Shown: positions 20,000-29,064 of the stretch, one piece after another
Numbering within the stretch: the first letter of the stretch is position 1
Layout: the number at the start of each line of letters is the position of its first letter
Origin: an uncultured Chthonomonadaceae bacterium
GTDB taxonomy: Bacteria > Armatimonadota > Chthonomonadetes > Chthonomonadales > Chthonomonadaceae
DNA: 64,000 nt
NCBI GenBank assembly: GCA_963835065.1
Contig: CAWIEK010000011.1
Coordinates: 32,001 to 96,000 of the forward strand
Direction: 5' to 3'
Notes under the pieces: generated by a model
Database searches by the model: none
Seen by the model: the letters and a program-made list of their open reading frames with translations, nothing else
Told to the model about the DNA's origin: nothing
Made by a program: the position numbers and the translations under genes

Positions 20000-22216
20000 T
20001 TGAAACGACGTGAGTTTCTCGTTCGCTTGTCCGGGGCTGTGGGCGCGCTGGAAGCGGCGCGACACGCGGATGCCAACTCCGTACAACAGACACGCTTGCA
20101 GACGGAAAATACCGATCCTTATGCGCGGTACGCGCGGACTTCCCGTGACTTCCGGCGCGTGAAGCAGGACAAAGCCTGGCTGAACAAAGCCTATCCCGGC
20201 TGGATTTACATGCCCTGGACGTACCAGTGGACGATTGGCTACACGGAAGCGTCGGGCAAGTGGAGTCAGGCGCATGGCTACAACGGCGCGTTCCTGGACG
20301 GCAACGGTGGCGCCCCGGATTCGCCCAAAGGCAAGCTGGACTGGATCAACCGCTTTGGGCTGCGCTTTTACATGGATCATACCGCCCGTAAAGGCTACCT
20401 GCACCTGTGGGACGGCGACAAAAAGCAGGCGCATCTGGCGGAACTGCACAGTAATGGCGTTCGGCCCGTTCCCCTTAATGACGCGCTGCGGGAGAAACTG
20501 CGCGGATTTGTGCGCGAAAACATTACGCAGGTAAAGTCCTCGCCCTTCCGCAGCGCCTATGCGCTCGACGATGAAGCCTCGTGGGGGCATTTCGTGCATC
20601 CCACTATGTGGCGCGTGACGGATGATACGAACGCTTATCCCGCCTGGCTCAAAGAAGTGTATGGCGCGGCCAGTGCCCCGGTTCGGGCAGGGTGGGTGAC
20701 GTATGAAGATATACGCCCACATCTTGAAACATGGAGCGTAGGCGATTTTGACGCCTCGCCCCTGATGGATCAGTGGAGTTTCAACGATTCGCACTGGTGC
20801 AATTTTCTGGGAGATCTGGTGGAATACGCCAATACGGTTGACCCGGATACGCCCTGCGGCATCGTGGGCGGGCAGGCTCCCAATGCGTTCGGCGGCTACG
20901 ATTACGCCAAACTGACGCGCAAAATCCAGTACATCGAAGCGTACAATCTTGGTTCCTCGCAGGCCATTATCCGCTCGTTCAACCCCCACAACGCCGTTCC
21001 CGCCGTGACCAGCCATTTCCATCAATCGGCGGAAGACGACATCTGGCAGGTCTGGTACTATCTGGCGCATGGCAACCGGGGACACATCGGCTGGGTCGAA
21101 AATTGGTTTGACGGGCAAACCGCCCGGCCCTGGCAGGAAACAGTGGCCCCGCACTATCTGGAAGCCGGAAAGAAAATCGGTCCGCTGATGCAGGGCGCGG
21201 AATGGCGGCATGACGGCGTAGCCCTGTACTACAGCCATCCTTCCCTTCAGCTCGGCTGGATACTGGACGCGCAGGCGCATGGCAAAACCTGGGGCAACCG
21301 CGACGGCGACCAGCGCTTGGGCGCGTCGCATCTGGTCCGGCAGGCATGGGAAAACATGCTCCGCGATTCCGGCCTGCAATACAACTTTCTGAGTTATGTG
21401 GATGTGCTGCAAACGGGCATACCGTCGGATGTCAAGGTTCTCATCCTGCCCGCCTGCCTGTGCCTGTCGAATGTGGAAGCGCAGGCTATTGAAGCATTTT
21501 GCCGGGGCGGCGGGACAGTGATTGCCGATTATCTGCCCGGCGTGTGGGATCAGCACGGCAAAGGGCGGGCGAACGGCGGGGCGCTTGACGGCATGTTTGG
21601 CGTTCGGCACGAGTCGACTCTGACAGTCAAAGACGTGTGGGGCGGAAATTTGTGGTGCGAAGTGAATCAGGACGCCAATTATAGCTGGAAGACGTACCGG
21701 GAAATGCTGACCAACGCCAACACGTGCCTGAAAGACGCGGGCGGGTTTCACAAGGCTGTTCGGCACATGGCGACTTCCAATGTTAAGCGCGTGGGCAAGG
21801 GAACCGCTGTCCTGATGAACCTGTCGCCCCAATGGTACAATGCGTACCGGGCGGAAGGGCAGGAAGCGGCCCAACAGCGCGAGATTTTTATGCGGCATGT
21901 TCATGCGGCGGGGCTGGCGCGTTGGGTTGAGATTGAAAACGCGGGTGACGCGGAGTTCGGGTACGAGATCACGTACTTTCGCCGTCCCAACGGCAGAACC
22001 CTCCTATTCCTGTGCGCCAATCTGGAAACGGTCGGAACGGAACTCGGCGGCGGCAATGCGGTTGGCCTGAAAGCGGACGCGCGCAGCATTGCCTTGCATT
22101 TCAAGCAGCCGCAGCGCAATGTCCGCGACGAGCGCGCAAACCGCGACTTGGGCAATGGAACCCGCTTCCCGCTCACCTGGACTCGCAATGAGGCGATTGT
22201 GCTGTCCTTTGCTTGA
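20000..22216 (+). CDS. Tat-exported glycoside-hydrolase-like protein with a GH42-type trimerization domain
   Basis: KRREFL twin-arginine leader; VALYYSHPS...KVLILP...IEAFCRGGGTVIADYLPG. Confidence 0.6.
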   Translation: MKRREFLVRLSGAVGALEAARHADANSVQQTRLQTENTDPYARYARTSRDFRRVKQDKAWLNKAYPGWIYMPWTYQWTIGYTEASGKWSQAHGYNGAFLDGNGGAPDSPKGKLDWINRFGLRFYMDHTARKGYLHLWDGDKKQAHLAELHSNGVRPVPLNDALREKLRGFVRENITQVKSSPFRSAYALDDEASWGHFVHPTMWRVTDDTNAYPAWLKEVYGAASAPVRAGWVTYEDIRPHLETWSVGDFDASPLMDQWSFNDSHWCNFLGDLVEYANTVDPDTPCGIVGGQAPNAFGGYDYAKLTRKIQYIEAYNLGSSQAIIRSFNPHNAVPAVTSHFHQSAEDDIWQVWYYLAHGNRGHIGWVENWFDGQTARPWQETVAPHYLEAGKKIGPLMQGAEWRHDGVALYYSHPSLQLGWILDAQAHGKTWGNRDGDQRLGASHLVRQAWENMLRDSGLQYNFLSYVDVLQTGIPSDVKVLILPACLCLSNVEAQAIEAFCRGGGTVIADYLPGVWDQHGKGRANGGALDGMFGVRHESTLTVKDVWGGNLWCEVNQDANYSWKTYREMLTNANTCLKDAGGFHKAVRHMATSNVKRVGKGTAVLMNLSPQWYNAYRAEGQEAAQQREIFMRHVHAAGLARWVEIENAGDAEFGYEITYFRRPNGRTLLFLCANLETVGTELGGGNAVGLKADARSIALHFKQPQRNVRDERANRDLGNGTRFPLTWTRNEAIVLSFA

Positions 22217-22521
22217 AAGGGCCGCAAAGCGCAGATTTTCCGCATCTCAATCTGAGAAAAATGCCAAGAAAAATGCTTATGGACAAACCACTTAAACATT
22301 GCACATTCCCGCGTCCGTAGGACAATTGGCCGAAGGCCTAACAACCGGCATTTTATATGCCGGGACGCGGCGGATGTAGCATGTATAACTGGTTTGTCCA
22401 TAAGTAAAGAAAAGGGCGGCGGAAGCAGGCCGGAAAAGAAGGAATTTACCGGCGGAAACGCGAACACCTGGCTATCCGCCGGGAAGCGGCCATCTACCCT
22501 GCCCGCGTTCAGGAGCCGCCC

Positions 22522-23973
22522 ATGACTTCTCTGCCGACTGGAACAATTACGCTGCTGTTTACCGACATCGAAGGCAGCACCAAACTATGGGAGCAATACC
22601 CCGCCATTATGCGCGACGCGCTGATACGGCATGACGCGCTTGCCGACTCGGTTCTGGCGGAACACAGCGGCCACCTTGTCAAGCCGCGCGGCGAGGGCGA
22701 CAGCCTGTTTGCCGTTTTTGCCCGCGCCAGCGATGCAGTTGCCGCCGCCTTCGATCTGCAGCGCACCCTGATTTTTGAACCCTGGCCGCTGCATACGTCC
22801 CTGCGCGTTCGCATGGCCCTGCACACCGGCGAAACGCTGCTGCGCGACGGCGACTATTACGGCCCGACCGTGAACCGCTGCGCCCGCCTCCGCGCCACTG
22901 CGCACGGCGGGCAGGTGATTGTTTCGCAAGTGACTCGCGACCTCGCGCAAAACGCGCTGCCGGACGGCGTGACGCTCACCGATCTGGGCTTACACAAGCT
23001 CAAGGACTTGACGCAGGCCGAACACGTGTGGCAGCTTGTCCACCCCGAACTTCCCGCCGACTTTCCGCCCCTGAAATCCCTGCGCGAAAGCAATCTGCCC
23101 CTGCAAACGACCTCGTTTGTAGGCCGCGAAAAAGAGATTGCCGAATCCGGGGAGTGCCTTGCCAACACGCGCCTGCTGACCCTGCTGGGAGCCGGGGGAA
23201 CGGGCAAAACGCGCCTGAGCCTGCATCTCGCGGCGGAAGTCGGCGATACGTATCCCGATGGCCTCTGGCTTGTGGAACTCGCGCCGCTTTCCGACCCCGC
23301 CCTGGTTCCGCAGGCCGTCGCGTTCGCGCTTGGCGTCCGCGAGGAGCCGGGACGCGCGCTGACCGAAACCCTGCTGGAACACTTGCGCGGCAAAAATCTG
23401 CTCCTGATCCTCGACAACTGTGAGCATTTGCTGGATGCCTGCGCGCGATTTGCGGATCGGGCGTTGCGCGTCTGCCCCGATATTCGCCTGCTGGCAAGCA
23501 GCCGGGAAGCGCTTAACATTCCCGGCGAAGCCACATATCGCGTTCCCTCCCTCGGCCTGCCCTCACCCGAACATCAGACCCCACAGACGCTGCTCCACTC
23601 CGCCGCCGCCTGCTTGTTTGTGGAGCGCGCGACAGCCGCCCGCAACGACTTCGCCGTCACCGACGCCAATGCCGACGCCATTGCCGCCATTTGCCGCCAA
23701 CTCGACGGTATCCCGCTGGCTCTGGAACTCGCCGCGTCCCGCGTGAAAGCGCTGTCACCCATACAGATCGCCGCCCGCCTGGATGACCGTTTCCGGCTGC
23801 TGACGGGCGGCAGCCGGGGCGCGCTGCCCCGTCAGCAGACCCTGCGCGCCCTGATTGACTGGTCGTATGACCTGCTTTCCGAAAAGGAAAAGACCCTGCT
23901 GCGCCGCCTGTCGGTATTCGCCGGCGGCTGGACGCTGGAAGCGGCGGAAGCCGTCTGCGCCGACCCGGAATAG
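22522..23973 (+). CDS. Class III adenylate/guanylate cyclase fused to a STAND (NB-ARC-like) ATPase, lacking its C-terminal half
   Basis: FTDIEGST, GEGDS and GDYYGPTVNRCAR (cyclase); GAGGTGKT, LLILDNCEH, LDGIPLALELAA and RQQTLRALIDWSYDLL (NTPase). Ends at FAGGWTLEAAEAVCADPE*. Confidence 0.92.
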   Translation: MTSLPTGTITLLFTDIEGSTKLWEQYPAIMRDALIRHDALADSVLAEHSGHLVKPRGEGDSLFAVFARASDAVAAAFDLQRTLIFEPWPLHTSLRVRMALHTGETLLRDGDYYGPTVNRCARLRATAHGGQVIVSQVTRDLAQNALPDGVTLTDLGLHKLKDLTQAEHVWQLVHPELPADFPPLKSLRESNLPLQTTSFVGREKEIAESGECLANTRLLTLLGAGGTGKTRLSLHLAAEVGDTYPDGLWLVELAPLSDPALVPQAVAFALGVREEPGRALTETLLEHLRGKNLLLILDNCEHLLDACARFADRALRVCPDIRLLASSREALNIPGEATYRVPSLGLPSPEHQTPQTLLHSAAACLFVERATAARNDFAVTDANADAIAAICRQLDGIPLALELAASRVKALSPIQIAARLDDRFRLLTGGSRGALPRQQTLRALIDWSYDLLSEKEKTLLRRLSVFAGGWTLEAAEAVCADPE

Positions 23974-23984
23974 CGCAACCAGGC

Positions 23985-24014
23985 AGTTGATGGTTGATAG
24001 TTTGTAGTTGATAG
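23985..24014. repeat. Solo heptamer array (AGTTGAT-like x4)
   Basis: agttgat ggttgat agtttgt agttgat ag, 11 nt after the NTPase stop codon. Confidence 0.8.
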
Positions 24015-24046
24015 AAATACCGAACACCGAATTCCTTAATTCAAAA

Positions 24047-25318
24047 ATGAGCAATCACGCAGGAACCACACATCTATCAGGAACCACAAACGCCAACGCT
24101 CTGCAAGTCGAGGAACCGGCTGATGTGGAGGCATGGGAAGTTCTCGATCTGCTGCAATCGCTGGTGGATAAGTCGCTTGTCGTGTACGAAGAAAACGCGG
24201 ACGGGCAGGGCCGCTACCGCCTGCTGGAAACCGTACGGCAGTACGCGAATGATAAGCTGACCACATCGCAGGAAGCGGCAGTCGTTCAGGAGCGGCATTG
24301 TACCTACTATCTTGGTTATCTGACGACGATTGAGCCAATGCTTGCCGGCGCGCGGCAGGCGGAAGGTTTGTCCGCGTTGGCGCAGGAACATGATAACGCG
24401 CGCGCCGGCATACGATATAGCCTGCATCGGCAGGATACTGAAACCGGCTTCGCATTTGCGCGCGGCCTGCAGCGCTTTTGGGGAATGCGGGGCCATCTGG
24501 AGGAAGGACGCGCATGCGCTGAGGCGCTGCTCACGTTGGATGAGCGGAATGCGCCTTCGCCGGCGCGGGGCGTTGTTTTGCATGGAACGGCTATTTTGGC
24601 CTATAAACAAGCGGATTACCTGGCCGCCCGCGCCATGCTCGAACAAAGCATTGCCATTTTTTTGCAGTTCGGCGATGAAGCGCGGCGCATGGCTTCCCTG
24701 CACGCGCTGGGAAACGTCGCCTATTTTCAGGGTGACTTCGCGGCAGCCCAAACCACGTATGAGCAGAGCCGCGCGCTTGCGCAAGAGCGCAATGATTTGC
24801 GCGGCGAGACTCTGGCCTGGCATGCGCTTGGAAACCTGGCCTATCAGCGCCGCGATTTTACGGAGGCCGGGCGATGTTATGAACAGTCGCTTGTTCGCGC
24901 GCGTTCTCTGGGCGATGCGCAGGCTCTTGCGCAGGCGCTGCTTTGCTGCGGCATTATCGCGGCGGAACAGGAAGAATACGTCAGGGCAAAACCCTTTTTC
25001 GATAAAGCGCTCACAACTCTCCTGCAATTGCAAGATCAGCATGGGATCGCCAATGTGCTTCATAATCAGGCGCATCTTTTCGTGCTGCAGAACCGTATAC
25101 GGCCCGCGTCGCGGCTTTATGGCGCGCATGACAGCCTGCGCGACAGGCTGAAATCGCCTGTACATCTTTCCGACAAAGCCGATTACGATCAAGACATCGC
25201 GTTATGCCGCGCCACTCTGGGTGAAACGACATTCCAGCAGGAGTACAATCAGGGGCGTATGCTCGATTCCGAAGCGGCTGTTCAGTTTGCTCTTGACGCT
25301 TCGGAGGCCGCGCTATGA
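24047..25318 (+). CDS. Half-winged-helix plus TPR cassette 1
   Basis: WEVLDLLQSLVDKSLVVYEENADGQGRYRLLETVRQYA followed by TPRs (HALGNVAYFQGDF...). Start is ATG 24047 or GTG 24125. Confidence 0.88.
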   Translation: MSNHAGTTHLSGTTNANALQVEEPADVEAWEVLDLLQSLVDKSLVVYEENADGQGRYRLLETVRQYANDKLTTSQEAAVVQERHCTYYLGYLTTIEPMLAGARQAEGLSALAQEHDNARAGIRYSLHRQDTETGFAFARGLQRFWGMRGHLEEGRACAEALLTLDERNAPSPARGVVLHGTAILAYKQADYLAARAMLEQSIAIFLQFGDEARRMASLHALGNVAYFQGDFAAAQTTYEQSRALAQERNDLRGETLAWHALGNLAYQRRDFTEAGRCYEQSLVRARSLGDAQALAQALLCCGIIAAEQEEYVRAKPFFDKALTTLLQLQDQHGIANVLHNQAHLFVLQNRIRPASRLYGAHDSLRDRLKSPVHLSDKADYDQDIALCRATLGETTFQQEYNQGRMLDSEAAVQFALDASEAAL

Positions 25319-26631
25319 GCCATGAAGCCGTTGAAAATTGGGAAATTCTCGATCTGCTGCAATCGCTCGTAGACAAGTCGTTGGTGGTTCACGAGGAGGG
25401 CGCGGACGGGCAGGGGCGCTACCGCCTGCTGGAAACCGTGCGGCAGTACGCGAGTGAAAAGCAGGCCGCGAGGGACGAGAACATCGCCTGCCGCGCCCGG
25501 CACGGCGCTTTCTTTCTTGCGCTGGCCGAGGAGACGCGAACCAGACTGCGCGGGCGGGAGCAGGCGCAGTGGCTCACGCTGCTGGAAACCGAACACGACA
25601 ACCTGCGCGCCGCGCTCGCCTTTTACCGCGCGACGCCGGACGCCTGGGAAATGCAGGCGCGGCTGGCCGCGTCGCTGACGCGCTTCTGGACGGTGCGCGG
25701 CTACCTGCGCGAAGGCCGCAAACATCTGGAGGACGCGCTAAATCACCCGGACGCGCAGCCCAACGCCAGGGCGCAGGCTGACGCGCTGGCAGGCGCGGCG
25801 AGCCTGGCCTATGAACAGGGCGAGTATAAGCCCGCGCAGGCGCTGTGCGAGCAAAGCCTTGCCATTCATCAGGAGCAGGGCAATCAGGAAGGCGTTGCCG
25901 CCGCGCTGAACAGGATGGGATTGATCGCCTGGCAGCAGGGAGAACTGGCCCGCGCCCGCGTCCATTTGGATGAGTGCCTGGCGATTCGCCGCAAACTTAC
26001 GGATCGGCAATCCCTGGCGGCTTCGCTGTTGTGCCTGGGATTGATCGCGCAGCAGGAGGGGAACGGCTTGCAGGCCCGCGCCCTGTATGAGGAAAGCCTG
26101 CTGATTTTCCGGGAACAGCAGGATATGCTGCATACGGCGGCAGCCTTGAACAATCTCGGCACGATTGCCAGAGAACAGGCGGATTACGAGGGAGCGCGGC
26201 TGCTGTTCGCGGAAAGCCTGTCGTGCTATCAGGCGCTCAAGCACAAAGGCGGCATCGCGCTGATCCTGCTGAATCTGGGCCGTCTGGCGCAGATTCAGCA
26301 GGATTACGAGTCGTGCCGCAGTCTGGTACAGCAAAGTTTCGCGCTGTTTCAGGAAATCGGGGATCGGCACGGCATTGATTCCGCGCTGGAAGTTCGCGGG
26401 GAAGCCGCGCTTGCCTCAGAGGAATGGGAGCGGGGCGCGCGTCTTAGCCTGGCTCGCGCCGCTTTGTGGGAAAACATGGGCAACGTTATGTCCGCGCAGC
26501 AACGCGAAGAGCAGGAACGCGCCCTGCAGCATTGCCGCTTCCATCTGCCCGGCGAAAGGTATGACGCGATTGTAGAGGAAATGCGCGACCTGACACCCGA
26601 ACAGTTCCTTGCGTCCGCAATGCGCGAATGA
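25315..26631 (+). CDS. Half-winged-helix plus TPR cassette 2
   Basis: SD GGAGG and ATGA overlap with cassette 1; WEILDLLQSLVDKSLVVHEEGADGQGRYRLLETVRQYA followed by several TPRs. Confidence 0.9.
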   Translation: MSHEAVENWEILDLLQSLVDKSLVVHEEGADGQGRYRLLETVRQYASEKQAARDENIACRARHGAFFLALAEETRTRLRGREQAQWLTLLETEHDNLRAALAFYRATPDAWEMQARLAASLTRFWTVRGYLREGRKHLEDALNHPDAQPNARAQADALAGAASLAYEQGEYKPAQALCEQSLAIHQEQGNQEGVAAALNRMGLIAWQQGELARARVHLDECLAIRRKLTDRQSLAASLLCLGLIAQQEGNGLQARALYEESLLIFREQQDMLHTAAALNNLGTIAREQADYEGARLLFAESLSCYQALKHKGGIALILLNLGRLAQIQQDYESCRSLVQQSFALFQEIGDRHGIDSALEVRGEAALASEEWERGARLSLARAALWENMGNVMSAQQREEQERALQHCRFHLPGERYDAIVEEMRDLTPEQFLASAMRE

Positions 26632-26652
26632 AAACAGACGCGATGCAAACGT

Positions 26653-26719
26653 AAACGAAGCCACGACCAATGAAATCTCTATAAACGAAACCTCTACAAA
26701 CGAAACCTCTACAAATGAA
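26653..26719. repeat. 15-bp tandem repeat (AAACGAAACCTCTAC-like, about 4 copies)
   Basis: Direct reading, between cassettes 2 and 3. Confidence 0.8.
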
Positions 26720-26730
26720 GGAGACGCCGC

Positions 26731-27952
26731 ATGAGCGAGGCAACGGCAATCGCGTTGTGGGAAGTTCTCGACCTGCTGCAATCGCTTATAGACAAGTCGC
26801 TTGTCGTCTATGAAGAAAGCGCGGACGGGCAGGGCCGCTATCGCCTGCTGGAAACCGTGCGGCAGTACGCGAATGAAAAGGAGACGGCGGAAGATAGCCG
26901 TGCCCTTTCCGGCAGGCACGGCGCGTATTTCCTCGCGCTGGCCGAAGAAGCCCGGACGCATTACGACAATGACGCGCAGAGAATCTGGATGCAGCGCCTG
27001 GAAACGGAGCATGACAATGTGCGCGCCGCCCTCCATGCAAACGCGGCGGCAAGCGGAGCATCGGCAGGCGGAGGAGATCGCGGGTGAAAAACTGCGCTTT
27101 GTCGCCGCGCTTGCCAAGTTCTGGTGGACTCGCGGCTACATGACGGAGGGCCGCGCCTGGGCCGCTTCCGCCCTTGCCCGCTCTGCAAATGCCCCCGCAA
27201 GCCTCCGCGCCGACGCGCTGCATGGCGGGGGCATCATGGCCGCGATGCAGGGGGATTATGGGATCGCGCAGGAGTGGCTTACCGAAAGCCTGGCGCTGCA
27301 GCGCGCGGAAAACCAACCGCGAGAAGCCGGGCTTGTTCTGCGCTCTTTGGGCGCGCTGTACACGGATATGAACGAGCAGGCGAAGGCGCGCGCCTGTCTG
27401 GAAGAGGCGCTGGCGCTCTTTCGGGCGTCAGGAGACCGGCGCGGCATTGCGTCGGTTTCAGGGACACTGGGCATTGTGTCCGCCCGGCAGGACGATCTTG
27501 AGGGAGCGCGCGCCATGATGGAAGAAAGCCTGGCCGTCCTGCGCTCGCTTGGGGATGCGCAAAGCGTCGCCAACACCCTGCACAATCTTGGCGTGGTTCT
27601 GGAATCCTCCGGGCATGTCGAGCGGGCGCGCGCCTGCTACACCGAAGCGCTGCAACAAACGCTGGCATTGGGCAACAAACTCTATCTGTACTGTTCGCTG
27701 GAAGCGCTGGCCGGGGTTGCCGTCACGCTCAATCACCCGGCCCGCGCCGTTTGCTTGTATGCCGCCGCGTTTGCCCTGCGCGAAAGCGTCCACGAGCCGC
27801 ACAATGAGGCCGATTATGCCCGCGCGATGAAGAGGCTGCAAACATTGCGGCAGCAATTGGGCGATGCGGCCTACCAATCCGCCTACGCGCAGGGCAGCGC
27901 CATGACCCTGGATGAGTCGCTGGAATACGCCTTGAGCGATGAGGACAGGTAA
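26731..27952 (+). CDS. Half-winged-helix plus TPR cassette 3, +1 frameshift near 27040
   Basis: SD AAGGAG; WEVLDLLQSLIDKSLVVYEESADGQGRYRLLETVRQYA (26731 frame) continues as KFWWTRGYMTEGR...TPRs (26801..27952 frame). Confidence 0.85.
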
Positions 27953-28009
27953 GGCATTAGGCATTAGTCATTAGGCATTAGATATTAGATATTAGATATT
28001 AGATATTAG
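27952..28009. repeat. Solo heptamer array (GGCATTA grading into GATATTA, about 8 units)
   Basis: Starts at the stop codon of cassette 3. Confidence 0.9.
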
Positions 28010-28042
28010 GGTGAACCGCTTGCTGTGAGAGATGAGGGGAAG

Positions 28043-29027
28043 ATGATTGATTTGGAAGAACTGCCGATGCGCGTTGCTGTCGGGCAGATGAACGAACTGA
28101 CGGACGAGCAACTGGCGTTTGCGCAGCAGTGCGGCGTTCAGGACGTGCAATTGAACACGCCCAAACTGCCCGGTGAGGAACGCTGGGAACTGGAAGACCT
28201 GCGCGGCTTGCGGCAAAAGGCGGCGGCGCGCGATTTGCGCCTGATTGCCATAGAAAACGTGCCCATCGCCTTTTACGACAAAATCATGCTGGGATTGGAA
28301 GGGCGCGAGCGGCAGTTGGAGAACATGCGCGCGACAGTGCGTAATATGGGGAAGGCCGGTATTCCTATTTTGGGCTACCACTGGATGCCCAATGGCGTGT
28401 GGCGCACGGATTTTGCCACGCCGGTACGCGGCGGCGCGATCTCCAACTCGTTCAAATATGCGCTGGCAAAAGACGTGGCGTGGACGCACAGTGTGGAATA
28501 CTCCGAAGCCCAAATGTGGGCCAATTACGACTGGTATCTGGAGCGAATTCTGCCGGTCTGTGAGGAAGCGGGCGTTCGCTTTGCCCTGCATCCCGACGAT
28601 CCGCCCGTGCCCACGCTTGGCGGCGTGGCGCGTTTATTCCACAGTTTCGATAACTTCCGGCGCGCGCTGGAAACCCATGCCAAGTCCCATGCACGGCCTG
28701 GATTTTTGTCACGGCTGCTGGTCGGAAATGCGCGGCGGTGCGGGGATTCTGGAGGCTATCGAGTGGTTTGGCAGCCGGAACCAGATTTTTTATGTCCACC
28801 TGCGCGACGTGCAGGGTTGTGCCGAAGACTTCACAGAGTGCTTTCTGGATGAGGGCAACAGCGACATTGTGGCGGTAGTTCAGAAACTGAAGGACGTGGG
28901 CTTTCGCGGCTTTATTCTGGACGACCATGTTCCGCATCTGGTGAACAACTCGCCCTGGGGCCATCGCGGACGCGCTTTTGCCACCGGCTATCTGCTCGGC
29001 GTCCTCCATTCGGTCAACAAAAGATAG
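28043..29027 (+). CDS. uxuA: Mannonate dehydratase (UxuA) family, +1 frameshift near 28676
   Basis: IENVP...DKIMLG, GIPILGYHWMP and FALHPDDPP; in the next frame GLDFCHGCWSEM, YVHLRDV and DDHVP. Confidence 0.8.
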
Positions 29028-29064
29028 CAGCAACAAAAGTTAGCAGCAAAACAAAGGCGGTTTC

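Noticed and set aside
19850..21904. Long minus-strand ORF (684 aa) and similar antisense ORFs such as 48715..50118 and 17731..18735
   Set aside because: These are shadow frames opposite well-supported genes in high-GC DNA, with no motifs of their own.
23971..24010. Stop-codon readthrough or a single sequencing error joining the NTPase to cassette 1
   Set aside because: The NTPase frame hits further stops within ten codons; cassette 1 is in another frame that is itself closed by TAG at 24005.
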